Assembly: GCA_021373015.1 (NCBI GenBank)
Contig: JAJFTJ010000018.1
Location: forward strand, 65,489-129,488
DNA: 64,000 bases
Direction of reading: 5' to 3'
Source of the DNA: Nitrospiraceae bacterium
GTDB lineage: Bacteria > Nitrospirota > Thermodesulfovibrionia > Thermodesulfovibrionales > UBA1546
A program made the position numbers and the translations under genes. The notes under the pieces are model-generated. The model was not told where the DNA came from. It saw only the letters and a program-made list of their open reading frames with translations, and did no database searches. Of this stretch, positions 59,238-64,000 are shown piece after piece. Every line of letters begins with the position of its first letter. Within the stretch, counting starts at the first letter, position 1.

Positions 59238-60179
59238 ATGAAAAAATACGAACCTGTTTCTCTTAAAAAAATAAGGACATATCCCCTCACAAAAAGAAAG
59301 AGCAAGGTTGAACTGGCGTCAACGGCAAAACCTCACAAAAAAGGAAGATCATTTAAAAACTTTATTGACGAGATGCCTGACATTCTGGCTGCAAAGGATC
59401 TAAGGTCAATCGTAACCGCAATAATAAAAGCGAAAAAAAATAAAAAACCCGTAATCCTCGGGATGGGCGCTCACCCGATAAAAGTCGGTCTATCGTCTGT
59501 AATCATAGACCTGATGGAAAAACATATAATTACTGCTGTTGCCACAAACGGAGCCTGCATTGTCCACGATTTTGAACTCTCATATACTGGAAAGACATCA
59601 GAGGATGTAGCAGCAGAACTAGCAACAGGAAGATTCGGCATGGCAAAAGAAACAGGCGAATTCATCAACAAGGCAATTATGGACGGCGTTAAAAAAGGAT
59701 ATGGCATAGGAAGATCTATAGGCGAGATGATATACAAAAATAAATTCAGATTCAGTGACAAAAGCATCTTTGCCACAGCGTACAGACTTGGGATTCCTGC
59801 AAGCGTTCATGTTGCAGTGGGAACCGATATAGTTCACATGCATCCTAATGCTGACGGCTCTGCAATCGGAGAAGGCAGTCTCAGAGACTTCAGACTTCTT
59901 GCATCAGTCGTATCTGACCTTGAAGGCGGAGTTTACATAAATCTCGGCTCTGCTGTTATTCTGCCCGAAGTTTTTTTAAAGGCTTTAACAATCGCGCGAA
60001 ATCTCGGAAACAGAGTTGAGAACATCACAACAGTTAATATGGATTTTATCCAGCACTACAGGCCTGGGCAGAATGTGCTGAAAAGGCCCACGATAAACAA
60101 AGGCTCATGCTATGCGCTGACAGGCCATCACGAGATAATGTTCCCACTCTTGGCAGCAACAGTGATAGAGAATATATGA
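59238..60179 (+). CDS. deoxyhypusine synthase-like (DHS-fold) family protein, function unknown
   Basis: LGMGAHPIKVGLSSVIIDLMEKHIITAVATNGACIVHDFE resembles the G-x-GA...TGAN..HD layout of DHS-fold proteins. The assignment is from memory only. Confidence 0.4.
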   Translation: MKKYEPVSLKKIRTYPLTKRKSKVELASTAKPHKKGRSFKNFIDEMPDILAAKDLRSIVTAIIKAKKNKKPVILGMGAHPIKVGLSSVIIDLMEKHIITAVATNGACIVHDFELSYTGKTSEDVAAELATGRFGMAKETGEFINKAIMDGVKKGYGIGRSIGEMIYKNKFRFSDKSIFATAYRLGIPASVHVAVGTDIVHMHPNADGSAIGEGSLRDFRLLASVVSDLEGGVYINLGSAVILPEVFLKALTIARNLGNRVENITTVNMDFIQHYRPGQNVLKRPTINKGSCYALTGHHEIMFPLLAATVIENI

Positions 60180-60222
60180 TAAAATTGTTCTATCAAGCTA
60201 TTTGATTTTTGAGGACGTTCGC

Positions 60223-60402
60223 ATGGCATTGGACAAGAAGAAAAGACAAGCAAATCAACAGACGCAACGCTTTATCAGAATAAAAGGGAAAGACTACAAA
60301 GCGGAAAACGTAAAGAGGGGGATTTCCCTCTCGGAGTTCGTGTCATACCTGCAGAGTCAGGGCTTCACATCGAAGGCGAAGTTCGAGATAATGTTCGAAT
60401 AG
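60223..60402 (+). CDS. small basic hypothetical protein (59 aa from the ATG; the track uses the TTG at 60202)
   Basis: An ORF only: MALDKKKRQANQQTQRFIRIKGKDYKAENVKRGISLSEFVSYLQSQGF... It is followed by a strong terminator. I recognise no family. Confidence 0.3.
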   Translation: MALDKKKRQANQQTQRFIRIKGKDYKAENVKRGISLSEFVSYLQSQGFTSKAKFEIMFE

Positions 60403-60457
60403 AATAGTCGATTACCCTACACAAAAAGAAATTGACATACCTGTAAAGGCTAAAAAT

Positions 60458-60493
60458 AAGAGGGGTGTTTGGATAAATCCAAACACTCCTCTT
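60458..60493. terminator. bidirectional intrinsic terminator between the small ORF (+) and hppA (-)
   Basis: A 16-bp stem, AAGAGGGGTGTTTGGA (60458-60473) with TCCAAACACTCCTCTT (60478-60493), around loop TAAA with one G-U/mismatch. T-runs lie on both sides. Confidence 0.7.
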
Positions 60494-60520
60494 TAAAAAA
60501 TCTCTTTTAAACTATATTTT

Positions 60521-62578
60521 TTATAAACCGAATTTAAGCAGTATCGGCACGATCAAAAGAGCAACGATATTTATAACCTTGATCATAGGGTTGATCGCCG
60601 GTCCTGCTGTGTCTTTATAAGGATCTCCGACTGTGTCTCCTGTTACAGCTGCCTTGTGAGCCCCTGAGCCCTTACCGCCGAATGCTCCGTCTTCAATATA
60701 TTTCTTTGCATTGTCCCATGCGCCGCCTCCGCTTGTCATTGCAATTGCCTGAAAGAGTCCTGTGATTATGCTTCCTATAAGAACTCCACCCAAGGCCTCT
60801 CTTCCAAGGATAAAACCAACTGCTATCGGCGCAACAACAGGAATAAGCGCTGGAAGCATCATCTGTTTTATTGCTGACTTTGTAACGATGTCAACACATT
60901 TTCCGTATTCCGGTTTTGCTGTTCCTTGCATAATGCCCTTTATCTCGCGGAACTGACGTCTCACTTCCTCAACAACTCCTCCTGCTGCTTTGCCGACAGC
61001 CTCCATTAAGAGCGAGCCAAAGTAATATGGAAGAAGTCCACCGATAAATAATCCTGCGAGAACTTTTGGGTTCGACAGATCAAATGCAAGGGTTGCTCCG
61101 AAAGATCTTGAGTACTCTGCGAACAAAACAAGGGCTGCAAGAGCTGCTGAACCTATTGCATATCCTTTTGTAACAGCTTTTGTTGTGTTTCCTACTGCAT
61201 CCAACGGGTCTGTTATCTCACGAACCTCTTTTGGTAGCTCTGCCATCTCTGCAATTCCACCTGCATTGTCTGTTATTGGACCATATGAATCTATAGCAAC
61301 GATTATTCCTGTCATTGAAAGCATCGAGACTGCTGACAGTGCTATTGCGAAAAGTCCGCCTCCTGCATTGCCCTGAAAACCTCCGCCGAGAGAATATGCG
61401 CCGAGTATGGCAGCGACTATTACAATAACAGGCATTGCTGTTGACTTCATGCTGACTGCAAGACCTGCAATTATGTTTGTTGCATGGCCTGTCTGGCTTG
61501 CAGATGCGATATGCTTGACCGGTGCAAAACTCTTTGACGTAAAATATTCTGTTATCACTACAATAAGTCCTGTGAGAACAAGACCGATAACTGCTGTCAT
61601 AAATACACTGCATGAACTAAATACGCCTGCGTCCGCTCCTGTCAGGCTGGAGATGAATTTGTCAGATACAAAGTAAAATGCTCCTGCTGCCAGCATGCCT
61701 GAAATTGCGAGGCCTTTATATAGAGCGCCCATAATATACTGTTTTTTGCCGAGTTTTACAAAGAAAGTCCCGATTATCGAGGCTATTATCGAGATGCCGC
61801 CGAGCAGAAGCGGGAACTCTATCCATCTGCTTTCAGGTCCGAAAACAGTCTTTGCAAGCAGCATTGCTGCAACAACAGTGACTGTGTATGTCTCGTAAAG
61901 GTCTGCTGCCATTCCAGCACAGTCGCCGACATTATCGCCGACATTGTCTGCAATGACCGCAGGGTTTCTTGGATCGTCTTCAGGAATTCCTGCTTCAACT
62001 TTTCCAACAAGGTCTGCTCCAACATCAGCTGCTTTTGTATATATTCCTCCTGCAATACGGGCAAACACGCTCATAAGCGAGCACCCGAATCCAAGACCTA
62101 TAAGCGCATGGAATGCCTCTTCACCAGCATAGGTTTTTGCAAAGTAATAATAACCTGCTATCCCGATTATTCCGAGACCGACAACAACTATTCCAGTAAC
62201 AGAACCGCCCATGAAAGCAAGACTGAGCGCTGACTGAAGCCCCTTGCTTGCTGCCTGTGCTGTGCGGACATTAGCCCTCACAGTAACCATCATACCGAGA
62301 TATCCTGCGAGCGCAGAACCGATAGTGCCGATAGCAAATCCTGCTGCTGTCCACTTGCCAAGAAAGTACCAGAGCACAGCAACAAGGATTATGCCGACTA
62401 TGGCAACTGTCTTATACTCGCGGGTAAGAAAGGCTGATGCCCCTTCTTTTACAGCGTTTGATATCTGCTTCATGCGTTCACTGCCTGCATCCTGCTTAAG
62501 CACCCATAATGCTGTCGCAATAGCGTATATAACGCCGGCTGCGCCGCAAAGCAGAGCAAAAAGAATTAATCCGCTCAT
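60521..62578 (-). CDS. hppA: membrane-bound proton-translocating pyrophosphatase, K+-independent type
   Basis: 685 aa with about 16 TM segments. The [16 protein letters not shown] motif carries Lys rather than Ala at the position reported to determine K+ independence. Confidence 0.96.
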   Translation of the reverse strand: MSGLILFALLCGAAGVIYAIATALWVLKQDAGSERMKQISNAVKEGASAFLTREYKTVAIVGIILVAVLWYFLGKWTAAGFAIGTIGSALAGYLGMMVTVRANVRTAQAASKGLQSALSLAFMGGSVTGIVVVGLGIIGIAGYYYFAKTYAGEEAFHALIGLGFGCSLMSVFARIAGGIYTKAADVGADLVGKVEAGIPEDDPRNPAVIADNVGDNVGDCAGMAADLYETYTVTVVAAMLLAKTVFGPESRWIEFPLLLGGISIIASIIGTFFVKLGKKQYIMGALYKGLAISGMLAAGAFYFVSDKFISSLTGADAGVFSSCSVFMTAVIGLVLTGLIVVITEYFTSKSFAPVKHIASASQTGHATNIIAGLAVSMKSTAMPVIVIVAAILGAYSLGGGFQGNAGGGLFAIALSAVSMLSMTGIIVAIDSYGPITDNAGGIAEMAELPKEVREITDPLDAVGNTTKAVTKGYAIGSAALAALVLFAEYSRSFGATLAFDLSNPKVLAGLFIGGLLPYYFGSLLMEAVGKAAGGVVEEVRRQFREIKGIMQGTAKPEYGKCVDIVTKSAIKQMMLPALIPVVAPIAVGFILGREALGGVLIGSIITGLFQAIAMTSGGGAWDNAKKYIEDGAFGGKGSGAHKAAVTGDTVGDPYKDTAGPAINPMIKVINIVALLIVPILLKFGL

Positions 62579-62636
62579 GTTTCCCCTCCCCTAAAAAATT
62601 AATAATTTTTTGACTCAGAAATTTGAAGCAATAGCG

Positions 62637-62666
62637 ATTATATATTAAGTCTTTTTTAGAATTCAA
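62637..62666 (-). promoter_or_regulatory. candidate hppA promoter (TTGAAT-18-TATAAT)
   Basis: On the minus strand, TTGAAT is at 62666-62661, followed by an 18-nt spacer and TATAAT at 62642-62637. Confidence 0.4.
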
Positions 62667-62695
62667 CCTTTACCGCATAAAAATTAAGGCGGTTT

Positions 62696-63337
62696 TTATT
62701 CAAGCGCTGAGCAGACATTTTTGAATATCTGTTCTATTGTCCCAACTCCGCTTATGGATTTTAAAATTCTTTTCTTATTGTAGTAATCTATAAGAGGAGC
62801 TGTCTTTTCCTCATAAACATCAAGTCTTGTTTTTATTGTCTCTTCTTTATCATCATCTCTCTGAAAAAGCTTTCCTCCGCATTTGTCGCATATGTTTTCT
62901 TTTTTAGACGGAGAAAAATATATGTTATACATCTGCTGGCAGGATTTGCATGTCCTTCTTCCTGTAAGTCTTTTCATAAGATCGTCTTTTGGAACATCAA
63001 TGCTCAATGCAAAATCAAGCGGCATATTGAGTTCTTTTAATATAGCGTCAAGTTTTTCCGCCTGGACAGTGGTTCTAGGGAATCCGTCCAGTATAAAACC
63101 CTTTTTGCAGTCAGGCTGCTGTAATCTCTCTCTTATCAGACCGATAACAACCTCATCAGGCACAAGTCCTCCGCTGTCCATAAAAGATTTTGCCTTTATT
63201 CCAAGAGGCGTGCCGTCCGCCACAGCCTTTCTCAATATGTCTCCTGTCGATATCTGGGGAATTCTGTACTTGTCTATCAACATCTTTGCCTGAGTACCCT
63301 TGCCTGCTCCGGGTGCGCCTAATAATACCAGTCTCAT
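62696..63337 (-). CDS. adk: adenylate kinase (zinc-lid type)
   Basis: The start I prefer is MRLVLLGAPGAGKGTQA at 63337. The lid has CKSC...CDKC. The track ORF extends 32 codons further upstream. Confidence 0.95.
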   Translation of the reverse strand: MRLVLLGAPGAGKGTQAKMLIDKYRIPQISTGDILRKAVADGTPLGIKAKSFMDSGGLVPDEVVIGLIRERLQQPDCKKGFILDGFPRTTVQAEKLDAILKELNMPLDFALSIDVPKDDLMKRLTGRRTCKSCQQMYNIYFSPSKKENICDKCGGKLFQRDDDKEETIKTRLDVYEEKTAPLIDYYNKKRILKSISGVGTIEQIFKNVCSALE

Positions 63338-63468
63338 TAATGCCTCCGTTTTTAAAAAATTTAAGCAAACAAAAATCAGCAATAAATATAGACTTTGAAG
63401 CAATTTTAAGTCAAATTCATATTTCTCATTCAAACATAAAATTTATTTATTAAAAGATAAGGTTTTAA

Positions 63469-64000
63469 TTATAAGGATAATATGCTCTCTAAATATTCGC
63501 GTAATTTATCTATAGCCATTTTTCTGTGGCTGATGTAATCTTTTTCGGAAGCAGTCATCTCGGCAAATGTCCTGTCAAAACCTTCAGGCACAAACACGGG
63601 ATCATAACCAAAACCGTTCCTGCCTCTGGGTTTCTCAATTATTATTCCATTAACAAAACCTTCAAATGTCTTAAAGCTTCCATCAGGAAAAGCAAAAGCC
63701 GCTGAACAGACGAATCTAGCTTTTCTTTTTTCACCTTTGAAATTTCTCATTTCTTGAAGAAGCTTATCAACATTTTCCTTGTCATTAGATCCCGTCCCTG
63801 CATATCTCGCAGAAAAAATTCCCGGCGCTCTGCTCAAAGCAAAGACCTCTAATCCTGAATCATCGGCAACAACGGGCTTGTTTGTAAAATGCGCTGTTTG
63901 AACAGCCTTTTTTATCGCATTCTCTTCGAATGTTTTGCCGTCTTCTATTACCTCGGGGAAGTCAGAAAAATCATTCAGCGTGTGAAACGAGATGTTTTTA
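63469..64000 (-). CDS. rdgB: non-canonical purine NTP pyrophosphatase (RdgB/HAM1), 5' end beyond the window
   Basis: ...SRAPGIFSARYAG...FVCSAAFAFPDG...GFGYDPVFVPEG...ISHRKMA. The frame stays open upstream of the track's internal Met to position 64000. Confidence 0.88.
   Translation of the reverse strand, partial: KNISFHTLNDFSDFPEVIEDGKTFEENAIKKAVQTAHFTNKPVVADDSGLEVFALSRAPGIFSARYAGTGSNDKENVDKLLQEMRNFKGEKRKARFVCSAAFAFPDGSFKTFEGFVNGIIIEKPRGRNGFGYDPVFVPEGFDRTFAEMTASEKDYISHRKMAIDKLREYLESILSL

Noticed and set aside
1-64000. Searched by eye for tRNA/rRNA genes, CRISPR arrays, transposases/IS ends, integrases, toxin-antitoxin pairs, restriction-modification or other defence genes.
   Set aside because: No T-loop-like GGTTCGAATCC motif occurs in any intergenic region. 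There are no regularly spaced direct repeats. Every ORF longer than 140 aa is accounted for by housekeeping or envelope functions or by the few hypotheticals listed.

Overview
This 64-kb window comes from a low-GC, LPS-producing (diderm) bacterium and is almost entirely core housekeeping DNA. I support about 60 CDS.

**Gene content**
- The centre is a complete division/cell-wall (dcw) cluster on the minus strand, running 34.8 to 16.1 kb: mraZ-rsmH-ftsL-ftsI-murE-murF-mraY-[D-Ala-D-Ala carboxypeptidase]-murD-ftsW-murG-murC-murB-ddl-ftsQ-ftsA-ftsZ. It is followed on the same strand by lpxD-fabZ-lpxA-lpxI.
- Left flank: pckA-like (partial), M16 peptidase, pnp, rpsO, argH, an FN3-repeat lipoprotein, panB, a REC-GGDEF regulator, thiE, a LivK-like binding protein and kimA.
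- Right flank:
  - central metabolism and transport: a homocitrate/IPM-synthase-family gene (probable Re-citrate synthase) with icd, a CNNM/CorC transporter, mqnD, hppA, adk
  - nucleic-acid and cofactor genes: a beta-CASP RNase, csaA, coaD, rsmD, purN, rluB, aspS, rpsT, rdgB (partial)
  - envelope genes: a SurA-like PPIase, lptG-lptF, and the leuS-lptE-holA block
  - repair pair: an HhH-GPD glycosylase-like gene plus an archaeal-type ATP-dependent DNA ligase

**Non-coding features**
- A c-di-AMP (ydaO/kimA class) riboswitch with promoter and intrinsic terminator lies upstream of kimA.
- A canonical promoter and three GTGG boxes at 10-bp spacing (MraZ operator-like) lie upstream of mraZ.
- Several hairpin terminators are present.
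- I saw no rRNA, tRNA, CRISPR array, transposase, phage gene or recognisable defence gene.

**Hunt result**
I do not see a convincing novel multi-gene system. The most unusual segment is 49.4-52.3 kb.
- The glycosylase-like gene stops at a TGA exactly where the fourth Fe-S cysteine is expected.
- It is followed by a 151-nt element closed by a 21-bp stem. That element is alternatively a 61-codon ORF with ATGA coupling at both ends.
- A second intergenic region with the same inverted-repeat core flanks the other side of the glycosylase-ligase pair.

All coordinates of small motifs were counted by hand.
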